Source: Eledone cirrhosa
Taxonomy: Eukaryota
Length of the DNA stretch: 64,000 bases
NCBI GenBank assembly: GCA_964016885.1
Contig: OZ024743.1
Coordinates: forward strand, 82,770,001 to 82,834,000
Direction of reading: 5' to 3'
In this document: positions 1-64,000 of the stretch, piece after piece
Layout of the letters: each line of letters starts with the position of its first letter
How positions within the stretch are numbered: the first letter of the stretch is position 1
Program-made: the position numbers and the translations under genes
Notes under the pieces: generated by a model
Seen by the model: only the letters and a program-made list of their open reading frames with translations
Database searches by the model: none
What the model was told of the DNA's origin: nothing

Positions 1-158
1 CAGCCTACAGGGATATGATGTACTTATATATCAGATACACATCACCTACTACAACCCACAGAGATATGATGTACCTATATATCAGATACACACAAAATAT
101 ATCTGTAATATATTTTAGTTCTTATCACACATTTTTTTTTTTGTTTTTATAATTACAG

Positions 159-51966
<51,808 letters not shown>

Positions 51967-52061
51967 GTAAGTAAATTGAATTTTATACATTTGTTGTTTA
52001 TTGCTGTCTTTCACATAGATTGTTATAGCCTAAGACCAGATGGGTTTTAACATAGATTTAA

Positions 52062-53502
52062 CCCTTTAGCATTCAAAGCGACAAAAAACGGCAAGATTAT
52101 GTCCCCTTTCATTTATTCAAACCGACAAAAACCGACATTTAATACCACACGGAGATTTCCTTCTAAAAATAAACATTGACATCATCGAAATCTCGTCAAT
52201 TCGAGATTACTGCGAGATAAAGCCCTTACGCGCGAAAATTAACTCTTAGTATAGTTAAAGAACTTGCGCTAACACGTGTTTTTAACGTTGAAAGTGAAAC
52301 ATGGCTTCCGAAAGTAGCGACAACGAATTTGAAGGTTTTACGTCCGACGACATTCGAGATCAAAAAGAAACAGAAGATAATATCAGTGATTTATCTTCAA
52401 ATGAATCAGATATATTTATTTCTGATATATCTGATAATGATGATAGTTACTTTGAAAGTAAAAGAGAAGATTTGACTGACACCATTGAAAAAACAGCAAC
52501 GTGGTTGAAAGAAACAACATCGATACATGTTTCGGATTTTACTGAAAATATTGGACCACAACACACATTACCACCCGATGCTAAAGCACTGGATTATTAT
52601 TTTTTATTTTTACCACAATCTTTCTTCGAAGTTGTGGCAAATCGCTATGCACAACAACAAATTTCTAATATCGGAAAAACAGATTCTGCCGAAATGAAAG
52701 CGCTTTTTACCATAAATATTATGTTTGGTATTAAACAATTTCCACGACTGTGGAATTATTGGAGTACTGATATAAGGTTTGGTGACCCTTATACATCTAG
52801 TATTAGGGCAAAAACGAGATTCATTAAATTAAACCAGTATTTGCATCTGGTTGATACTTCAAATGCCCCTGGTAGAAATGAACGACCCACTGTACAAAGT
52901 ACGACCATTAATTGAAATATTGTCAGAAAAATTTAAAAGTGTGTATAAACTTATATATTGGGAACTTTCTGTTACGTAATTTTACACCGTACATTTACAG
53001 AGTACATTGCCAATATTATTTTGACCGGTGAAAAGGTTTTATACATTTTTTTCAATGAAAATATTTGCCTGGAATGTAGAGAAAGACTAAAACCGTGTAC
53101 TGATTACACCTGCATTTTTAATTAATTCACCTGTTTGGAAAACTGCTAGAATTGATGGAAATCAGCATCTAGGTCATTATTGGATTTTTTTGCAACAAAT
53201 CTAACAGATAAGGCAGATAAAGTTTAAATTTTTGTGTTTATCCATAAAGTTATTACTTTTACACCTGTTAATTAATTTCACCTGCCCATAAAAGTCAAAT
53301 TTAACAAAAAAAAATCAGGTAAAAATATATAATTGTAAATTATAGTTATTTAAACATCTACTGACAAAATTTCAAGTCTGCACATAGAAAATTAAAGTAA
53401 TTACAAACAAATAAAATTGATAACCCTCTTGAGTATAATTAAGTGAAAATAATGCGAATAGATGAACATGACATTTGACAATTCAATGTGAATGCTAAAG
53501 GG
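52062..53502 (+). mobile_element. internally deleted piggyBac transposon
   Basis: TTAA target duplication; 14-bp TIR CCCTTTAGCATTCA; ORF 52301-52915 resembles a PGBD transposase N-terminus (YWSTD...RFIKLNQYLHLVD), then frameshifted DPLYKVRPLI; catalytic core absent. Confidence 0.9.
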
Positions 53503-54122
53503 TTAACATAGCCTAAGACTATATCAGTAGTTGCAATTTCATTTTGCTCATTGTTACATATTTGGCATGGTTTCTACAGCTGGATGCCCTTCCTAACACC
53601 AACCTCATTTACAGTGAGTACTGGGTGCCTTTTTACCATGGTGCCTACACAACAACTTTACACTGTGGGCTAGGTGCTTTTTTTGTCATGACACCTACAC
53701 GACCACTTTACAGTTGGAGGGGGTTGGGGGAATACTGTCTATGTGCAGCTTCGGCATGTACCCATGGGAAGTCAGGTCTTCTGTATTACTGCGTAGTGCT
53801 AGAGGTCATTTGTATATATAATATGTGTGTGTGTGTATCAGTATAATGTATATGTATATGTAATATGTGTGTGTGTGTGTCTGTATAATGTATATGTAAT
53901 GTATATGTAATGTATATGTATGTGTTTATATAATGTATATATGTATTCATAATGTATGTGTCTAGGACCCTTCAGTAATGTCAAGGATATGATAACCTCC
54001 CTAGTGTTGGTGAATTATATGATAAATGCACCAAGTACATGCTGGGAAGTGGTTGGTGGTAAGAAGGGCATCTAGTCATAGAAATCTTGCCAAACAAAAG
54101 TTTATGAGGACCCTCGGTTGTA

Positions 54123-57100
54123 TCAAGGGCATGACAGCCTCTCCTGCACATTTGGTGGAACATAAGACCATACAAGGCATGACAGCCTCTCCTGCACATT
54201 TGGTGGAACATAAGACTATACAAGGCATGACAGCCTCTCCTGCACATTTGGTGGAACATAAGACCATAGAAAGCATGGCAGCTTCTCCTGCACATTTGGT
54301 GGAACATAAGACCATACAAGGCATGACAGCCTCTCCTGCACATTTGGTGGAACATAAGACCATACAAAGCATGGCAGCTTCTCCTGCACATTTGGTGGAA
54401 CATAAGACCATACAAAGCATGGCAGCTTCTCCTGCACATTTGGTGGAACATAAGACCATACAAGGCATGACAGCCTCTCCTGCACATTTGGTGGAACATA
54501 AGACCATACAAGGCATGACAGCCTCTCCTGCACATTTGGTTGAACATAAGACCATACAAGGCATGACAGCCTCTCCTGCACATTTGGTGGAACATAAGAC
54601 CATACAAGGCATGACAGCCTCTCCTGCACATTTGGTTGAACATAAGACCATACAAGGCATGACAGCCTCTCCTGCACATTTGGTGGAACATAAGACCATA
54701 CAAGGCATGACAGCTTCTCCTGCACATTTGGTTGAACATAAGACCATACAAGGCATGACAGCCTCTCCTGCACATTTGGTGGAACATAAGACCATACAAG
54801 GCATGACAGCCTCTCCTGCACATTTGGTGGAACATAAGACCATACAAAGCATGACAGCCTCTCCTGCACATTTGGTGGAACATAAGACCATACAAGGCAT
54901 GACAACCTCTCCTGCACATTTGGTGGAACATAAGACCATACAAGGCATGACAGCCTCTCCTGCACATTTGGTGGAACATAAGACCATCAAGACATGACAG
55001 CCTCTCCTGCACATTTGGTGGAACATAAGACCATACAAGACATGACAGCCTCTCCTGCACATTTGGTTGAACATAAGACCATACAAGGCATGACAGCCTC
55101 TCCTGCACATTTGGTGGAACATAAGACCATACAAAGCATGACAGCCTCTCCTGCACATTTGGTGGAACATAAGACCATACAAGGCATGACAACCTCTCCT
55201 GCACATTTGGTGGAACATAAGACCATACAAGACATGACAGCCTCTCCTGCACATTTGGTGGAACATAAGACCATACAAAGCATGGCAGCCTCTCCTGCAC
55301 ATTTGGTGGAACATAAGACCATACAAAGCATGGCAGCCTCTCCTGCACATTTGGTGGAACATAAGACCATACAAGGCATGACAGCTTCTCCTGCACATTT
55401 GGTGGAACATAAGACCATACAAGGCATGACAGCTTCTCCTGCACATTTGGTGGAACATAAGACCATACAAGGCATGACAGCTTCTCCTGCACATTTGGTG
55501 GAACATAAGACCATACAAGGCATGACAGCCTCTCCTGCACATTTGGTGGAACATAAGACCATACAAGGCATGACAGCCTCTCCTGCACATTTGGTGGAAC
55601 ATAAGACCATACAAGGCATGACAGCCTCTCCTGCACATTTGGTGGAACATAAGACCATACAAGGCATGACAGCCTCTCCTGCACATTTGGTGGAACATAA
55701 GACCATACAAAGCATGACAGCTTCTCCTGCACATTTGGTGGAACATAAGACCATACAAGGCATGACAGCTTCTCCTGCACATTTGGTGGAACATAAGACT
55801 ATACAAGGCATGACAGCCTCTCCTGCACATTTAGTGGAACATAAGACCATACAAGGCATGACAGCCTCTCCTGCACATTTGGTGGAACATAAGACCATAC
55901 AAGGCATGACAGCCTCTCCTGCACATTTGGTGGAACATAAGACCATACAAGGCATGAGAGCTTCTCCTGCACATTTGGTGGAACATAAGACCATACAAGA
56001 CATGACAACCTCTCCTGCACATTTGGTGGAACATAAGACTATACAAAGCATGACAGCCTCTCCTGCACATTTGGTGGAACATAAGACCATACAAGGCATG
56101 ACAGCCTCTCCTGCACATTTGGTGGAACATAAGACTATACAAGGCATGACAGCCTCTCCTGCACATTTGGTGGAACATAAGACCATACAAGGCATGACAG
56201 CCTCTCCTGCACATTTGGTGGAACATAAGACCATACAAGGCATGACAGCCTCTCCTGCACATTTGGTGGAACATAAGACCATACAAGGCATGACAGCCTC
56301 TCCTGCACATTTGGTGGAACATAAGACCATACAAAGCATGGCAGCTTCTCCTGCACATTTGGTGGAACATAAGACCATACAAGGCATGACAGCTTCTCCT
56401 GCACATTTGGTGGAACATAAGACCATACAAGACATGACAGCTTCTCCTGCACATTTGGTGGAACATAAGACCATACAAGGCATGACAGCCTCTCCTGCAC
56501 ATTTGGTGGAACATAAGACCATACAAGGCATGACAGCTTCTCCTGCACATTTGGTGGAACATAAGACCATCAAGGCATGACAGCCTCTCCTGCACATTTG
56601 GTGGAACATAAGACCATACAAGGCATGACAGCCTCTCCTGCACATTTGGTGGAACATAAGACTATACAAGGCATGGCAGCTTCTCCTGCACATTTGGTGG
56701 AACATAAGACCATACAAGGCATGACAGCTTCTCCTGCACATTTGGTGGAACATAAGACCATACAAGGCATAACAGCTTCTCCTGCACATTTGGTGGAACA
56801 TAAGACCATACAAGACATGACAGCCTCTCCTGCACATTTGGTGGAACATAAGACCATACAAGGCATGACAGCCTCTCCTGCACATTTGGTGGAACATAAG
56901 ACCATACAAGACATGACAGCTTCTCCTGCACATTTGGTGGAACATAAGACCATACAAGGCATGACAGCCTCTCCTGCACATTTGGTGGAACATAAGACCA
57001 TACAAGGCATGGCAGCTTCTCCTGCACATTTGGTGGAACATAAGACCATACAAGGCATGACAGCCTCTCCTGCACATTTGGTGGAACATAAGACCATACA

Positions 57101-60100
57101 AAGCATGGCAGCTTCTCCTGCACATTTGGTGGAACATAAGACCATACAAGGCATGACAGCCTCTCCTGCACATTTGGTGGAACATAAGACCATACAAGGC
57201 ATGACAGCCTCTCCTGCACATTTGGTGGAACATAAGACCATACAAAGCATGGCAGCTTCTCCTGCACATTTGGTGGAACATAAGACCATACAAGGCATGA
57301 CAGCCTCTCCTGCACATTTGGTGGAACATAAGACCATACAAGGCATGACAGCTTCTCCTGCACATTTGGTGGAACATAAGACCATACAAGGCATGGCAGC
57401 TTCTCCTGCACATTTGGTGGAACATAAGACCATACAAGGCATGACAGCCTCTCCTGCACATTTGGTGGAACATAAGACCATACAAGGCATGACAGCCTCT
57501 CCTGCACATTTGGTGGAACATAAGACCATACAAGGCATGACAGCCTCTCCTGCACATTTGGTGGAACATAAGACCATACAAAGCATGACAGCTTCTCCTG
57601 CACATTTGGTGGAACATAAGACCATACAAGGCATGACAGCTTCTCCTGCACATTTGGTGGAACATAAGACTATACAAGGCATGACAGCCTCTCCTGCACA
57701 TTTAGTGGAACATAAGACCATACAAGGCATGACAGCCTCTCCTGCACATTTGGTGGAACATAAGACCATACAAGGCATGACAGCCTCTCCTGCACATTTG
57801 GTGGAACATAAGACCATACAAGGCATGAGAGCTTCTCCTGCACATTTGGTGGAACATAAGACCATACAAGACATGACAACCTCTCCTGCACATTTGGTGG
57901 AACATAAGACTATACAAAGCATGACAGCCTCTCCTGCACATTTGGTGGAACATAAGACCATACAAGGCATGACAGCCTCTCCTGCACATTTGGTGGAACA
58001 TAAGACTATACAAGGCATGACAGCCTCTCCTGCACATTTGGTGGAACATAAGACCATACAAGGCATGACAGCCTCTCCTGCACATTTGGTGGAACATAAG
58101 ACCATACAAGGCATGACAGCCTCTCCTGCACATTTGGTGGAACATAAGACCATACAAGGCATGACAGCCTCTCCTGCACATTTGGTGGAACATAAGACCA
58201 TACAAAGCATGGCAGCTTCTCCTGCACATTTGGTGGAACATAAGACCATACAAGACATGACAGCTTCTCCTGCACATTTGGTGGAACATAAGACCATACA
58301 AGGCATGACAGCCTCTCCTGCACATTTGGTGGAACATAAGACCATACAAGGCATGACAGCTTCTCCTGCACATTTGGTGGAACATAAGACCATCAAGGCA
58401 TGACAGCCTCTCCTGCACATTTGGTGGAACATAAGACCATACAAGGCATGACAGCCTCTCCTGCACATTTGGTGGAACATAAGACTATACAAGGCATGGC
58501 AGCTTCTCCTGCACATTTGGTGGAACATAAGACCATACAAGGCATGACAGCTTCTCCTGCACATTTGGTGGAACATAAGACCATACAAGGCATAACAGCT
58601 TCTCCTGCACATTTGGTGGAACATAAGACCATACAAGACATGACAGCCTCTCCTGCACATTTGGTGGAACATAAGACCATACAAGGCATGACAGCCTCTC
58701 CTGCACATTTGGTGGAACATAAGACCATACAAGACATGACAGCTTCTCCTGCACATTTGGTGGAACATAAGACCATACAAGGCATGACAGCCTCTCCTGC
58801 ACATTTGGTGGAACATAAGACCATACAAGGCATGGCAGCTTCTCCTGCACATTTGGTGGAACATAAGACCATACAAGGCATGACAGCCTCTCCTGCACAT
58901 TTGGTGGAACATAAGACCATACAAAGCATGGCAGCTTCTCCTGCACATTTGGTGGAACATAAGACCATACAAGGCATGACAGCCTCTCCTGCACATTTGG
59001 TGGAACATAAGACCATACAAGGCATGACAGCTTCTCCTGCACATTTGGTGGAACATAAGACCATACAAGGCATGGCAGCTTCTCCTGCACATTTGGTGGA
59101 ACATAAGACTATACAAAGCATGACAGCCTCTCCTGCACATTTGGTGGAACATAAGACCATACAAGGCATGACAGCCTCTCCTGCACATTTGGTGGAACAT
59201 AAGACTATACAAGGCATGACAGCCTCTCCTGCACATTTGGTGGAACATAAGCCCATACAAGGCATGACAGCCTCTCCTGCACATTTGGTGGAACATAAGA
59301 CCATACAAAGCATGGCAGCTTCTCCTGCACATTTGGTGGAACATAAGACCATACAAGGCATGACAGCTTCTCCTGCACATTTGGTGGAACATAAGACCAT
59401 ACAAGACATGACAGCTTCTCCTGCACATTTGGTGGAACATAAGACCATACAAGGCATGACAGCCTCTCCTGCACATTTGGTGGAACATAAGACCATACAA
59501 GGCATGACAGCTTCTCCTGCACATTTGGTGGAACATAAGACCATCAAGGCATGACAGCCTCTCCTGCACATTTGGTGGAACATAAGACCATACAAGGCAT
59601 GACAGCCTCTCCTGCACATTTGGTGGAACATAAGACTATACAAGGCATGGCAGCTTCTCCTGCACATTTGGTGGAACATAAGACCATACAAGGCATGACA
59701 GCTTCTCCTGCACATTTGGTGGAACATAAGACCATACAAGGCATAACAGCTTCTCCTGCACATTTGGTGGAACATAAGACCATACAAGACATGACAGCCT
59801 CTCCTGCACATTTGGTGGAACATAAGACCATACAAGGCATGACAGCCTCTCCTGCACATTTGGTGGAACATAAGACCATACAAGACATGACAGCTTCTCC
59901 TGCACATTTGGTGGAACATAAGACCATACAAGGCATGACAGCCTCTCCTGCACATTTGGTGGAACATAAGACCATACAAGGCATGGCAGCTTCTCCTGCA
60001 CATTTGGTGGAACATAAGACCATACAAGGCATGACAGCCTCTCCTGCACATTTGGTGGAACATAAGACCATACAAAGCATGGCAGCTTCTCCTGCACATT

Positions 60101-63100
60101 TGGTGGAACATAAGACCATACAAGGCATGACAGCCTCTCCTGCACATTTGGTGGAACATAAGACCATACAAGGCATGACAGCCTCTCCTGCACATTTGGT
60201 GGAACATAAGACCATACAAAGCATGGCAGCTTCTCCTGCACATTTGGTGGAACATAAGACCATACAAGGCATGACAGCCTCTCCTGCACATTTGGTGGAA
60301 CATAAGACCATACAAGGCATGACAGCTTCTCCTGCACATTTGGTGGAACATAAGACCATACAAGGCATGGCAGCTTCTCCTGCACATTTGGTGGAACATA
60401 AGACCATACAAGGCATGACAGCCTCTCCTGCACATTTGGTGGAACATAAGACCATACAAAGCATGGCAGCTTCTCCTGCACATTTGGTGGAACATAAGAC
60501 CATACAAGGCATGACAGCCTCTCCTGCACATTTGGTGGAACATAAGACCATACAAGGCATGGCAGCTTCTCCTGCACATTTGGTGGAACATAAGACCATC
60601 AAGGCATGACAGCCTCTCCTGCACATTTGGTGGAACATAAGACCATACAAGGCATGGCAGCTTCTCCTGCACATTTGGTGGAACATAAGACCATACAAGG
60701 CATGGCAGCTTCTCCTGCACATTTGGTGGAACATAAGACCATACAAGGCATGACAGCCTCTCCTGCACATTTGGTGGAACATAAGACCATACAAAGCATG
60801 GCAGCTTCTCCTGCACATTTGGTGGAACATAAGACCATACAAGGCATGACAGCCTCTCCTGCACATTTGGTTGAACATAAGACCATACAAGGCATGACAG
60901 CCTCTCCTGCACATTTGGTGGAACATAAGACCATACAAAGCATGGCAGATTCTCCTGCACATTTGGTGGAACATAAGACCATACAAGGCATGACAGCCTC
61001 TCCTGCACATTTGGTGGAACATAAGACCATACAAGGCATGACAGCTTCTCCTGCACATTTGGTGGAACATAAGACCATCAAGGCATGACAGCCTCTCCTG
61101 CACATTTGGTGGAACATATGACCATACAAAGCATGGCAGCTTCTCCTGCACATTTGGTGGAACATAAGACCATACAAGGCATGACAGCCTCTCCTGCACA
61201 TTTGGTGGAACATAAGACCATACAAGGCATGACAGCTTCTCCTGCACATTTGGTGGAACATAAGACCATACAAGACATGACAGCTTCTCCTGCACATTTG
61301 GTGGAACATAAGACCATACAAGGCATGACAGCTTCTCCTGCACATTTGGTGGAACATAAGACCATACAAGACATGACAGCTTCTCCTGCACATTTGGTGG
61401 AACATAAGACCATACAAGGCATGACAGCTTCTCCTGCACATTTGGTGGAACATAAGACCATACAAGGCATGACAGCTTCTCCTGCACATTTGGTGGAACA
61501 TAAGACCATACAAGACATGACAGCTTCTCCTGCACATTTGGTGGAACATAAGACCATACAAGGCATGACAGCTTCTCCTGCACATTTGGTGGAACATAAG
61601 ACCATACAAGGCATGACAGCCTCTCCTGCACATTTGGTGGAACATAAGACCATACAAGGCATGACAGCCTCTCCTGCACATTTGGTGGAACATAAGACCA
61701 TACAAGGCATGACAGCTTCTCCTGCACATTTGGTGGAACATAAGACCATACAAGACATGACAGCTTCTCCTGCACATTTGGTGAAACATAAGACCATACA
61801 AGGCATGACAGCTTCTCCTGCACATTTGGTGGAACATAAGACCATACAAGACATGACAGCTTCTCCTGCACATTTGGTGGAACATAAGACCATACAAGAC
61901 ATGACAGCTTCTCCTGCACATTTGGTGGAACATAAGACCATACAAGGCATGACAGCTTCTCCTGCACATTTGGTGGAACATAAGACCATACAAGACATGA
62001 CAGCTTCTCCTGCACATTTGGTGGAACATAAGACCATACAAGGCATGACAGCTTCTCCTGCACATTTGGTGGAACATAAGACCATACAAGGCATGACAGC
62101 CTCTCCTGCACATTTGGTGGAACATAAGACCATACAAGGCATGACAGCTTCTCCTGCCCATTTGGTGGAACATAAGACCATACAAGGCATGACAGCCTCT
62201 CCTGCACATTTGGTGGAACATAAGACCATACAAGGCATGGCAGCTTCTCCTGCACATTTGGTGGAACATAAGACCATACAAGGCATGGCAGCTTCTCCTG
62301 CACATTTGGTGGAACATAAGACCATACAACGCATGACAGCCTCTCCTGCACATTTGGTGGAACATAAGACCATACAAAGCATGGCAGCTTCTCCTGCACA
62401 TTTGGTGGAACATAAGACCATACAAGGCATGACAGCCTCTCCTGCACATTTGGTTGAACATAAGACCATACAAGGCATGACAGCCTCTCCTGCACATTTG
62501 GTGGAACATAAGACCATACAAAGCATGGCAGCTTCTCCTGCACATTTGGTGGAACATAAGACCATACAAGGCATGACAGCCTCTCCTGCACATTTGGTGG
62601 AACATAAGACCATACAAGGCATGACAGCTTCTCCTGCACATTTGGTGGAACATAAGACCATCAAGGCATGACAGCCTCTCCTGCACATTTGGTGGAACAT
62701 AAGACCATACAAAGCATGGCAGCTTCTCCTGCACATTTGGTGGAACATAAGACCATACAAGGCATGACAGCCTCTCCTGCACATTTGGTGGAACATAAGA
62801 CCATACAAGGCATGACAGCTTCTCCTGCACATTTGGTGGAACATAAGACTATACAAGGCATGACAGCTTCTCCTGCACATTTGGTGGAACATAAGACTAT
62901 ACAAGACATGACAGCTTCTCCTGCACATTTGGTGGAACATAAGACCATACAAGGCATGACAGCCTCTCCTGCACATTTGGTGGAACATAAGACTATACAA
63001 GGCATGACAGCTTCTCCTGCACATTTGGTGGAACATAAGACCATACAAGACATGACAGCCTCTCCTGCACATTTGGTGCAACATAAGACCATACAAGGCA

Positions 63101-64000
63101 TGACAGCCTCTCCTGCACATTTGGTTGAACATAAGACTATACAAGGCATGACAGCCTCTCCTGCACATTTGGTGGAACATAAGACCATACAAAGCATGGC
63201 AGCCTCTCCTGCACATTTGGTGGAACATAAGACCATACAAGGCATGACAGCCTCTCCTGCACATTTGGTTGAACATAAGACTATACAAGGCATGACAGCC
63301 TCTCCTGCACATTTGGTGGAACATAAGACCATACAAAGCATGGCAGCCTCTCCTGCACATTTGGTGGAACATAAGACCATACAAGGCATGACAGCCTCTC
63401 CTGCTCATTTGGTTGAACATAAGACTATACAAGGCATGACAGCTTCTCCTGCACATTTGGTGGAACATAAGACCATACAAGGCATGACAGCCTCTCCTGC
63501 ACATTTGGTGGAACATAAGACCATACAAGGCATGACAGCTTCTCCTGCCCATTTGGTGGAACATAAGACCATACAAGGCATGACAGCCTCTCCTGCACAT
63601 TTGGTGGAACATAAGACCATACAAGGCATGGCAGCTTCTCCTGCACATTTGGTGGAACATAAGACCATACAAGGCATGGCAGCTTCTCCTGCACATTTGG
63701 TGGAACATAAGACCATACAACGCATGACAGCCTCTCCTGCACATTTGGTGGAACATAAGACCATACAAAGCATGGCAGCTTCTCCTGCACATTTGGTGGA
63801 ACATAAGACCATACAAGGCATGACAGCCTCTCCTGCACATTTGGTTGAACATAAGACCATACAAGGCATGACAGCCTCTCCTGCACATTTGGTGGAACAT
63901 AAGACCATACAAAGCATGGCAGCTTCTCCTGCACATTTGGTGGAACATAAGACCATACAAGGCATGACAGCCTCTCCTGCACATTTGGTGGAACATAAGA
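54123..64000. repeat. 48-bp satellite array, about 205 units, running off the window end (CATGACAGCCTCTCCTGCACATTTGGTGGAACATAAGACCATACAAGG)
   Basis: direct inspection; 47-bp deletion variants at about 54987, 56570, 58393, 59544, 60599, 61078 and 62661. Confidence 0.97.

Noticed and set aside
52280-52915. CSB-PGBD3-style exon-trap fusion of the host gene with the piggyBac ORF
   Set aside because: The nearest AG (52293-52294) is out of frame with the phase-2 exon 21 donor, and the transposase is truncated
53981-63996. Very long ORFs (up to about 1030 aa) in four frames
   Set aside because: Artefact of a 48-bp (multiple of 3) unit lacking stops in those frames; 47-bp variants shift frame freely; no sign of coding constraint
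54123-64000. CRISPR-like array
   Set aside because: Head-to-tail monomers without unique spacers; eukaryotic context; no cas genes

Overview
AT-rich, microsatellite-rich animal genomic DNA. The repeat repertoire suggests a coleoid cephalopod, probably an octopus (inference). The window is the interior of one very large + strand spliced gene of the BAHCC1/TNRC18/winged-eye chromatin-reader family. I traced 21 GT-AG exons by hand (159-51966, 9103 coding nt, about 3030 codons) whose phases chain into one open frame. They carry family motifs: IPVGIAIATQRQ, GFKLAHDSLSGHFFLLP, the coiled coil [28 protein letters not shown]-hooks RGPGRPRKRK and KPGRPKR, RRRSERIFLND, and the start of the Tudor/SH3-like module IEKEDLKDGLRVLL. 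The start codon and BAH domain lie outside the window. The introns hold a dead DD37D (maT) Tc1/mariner, an internally deleted piggyBac, two TTAA-CCCTT MITE families, RTE LINE fragments, two tRNA-derived SINE families, a Helitron-like end, Penelope-like fragments with hammerhead-ribozyme cores, and many minisatellites, including a >9.8 kb 48-bp array. The main observations are sense-strand intronic hammerhead motifs, minisatellites that arose by tandem amplification of MITE ends, and inverted-repeat dsRNA substrates next to exons.
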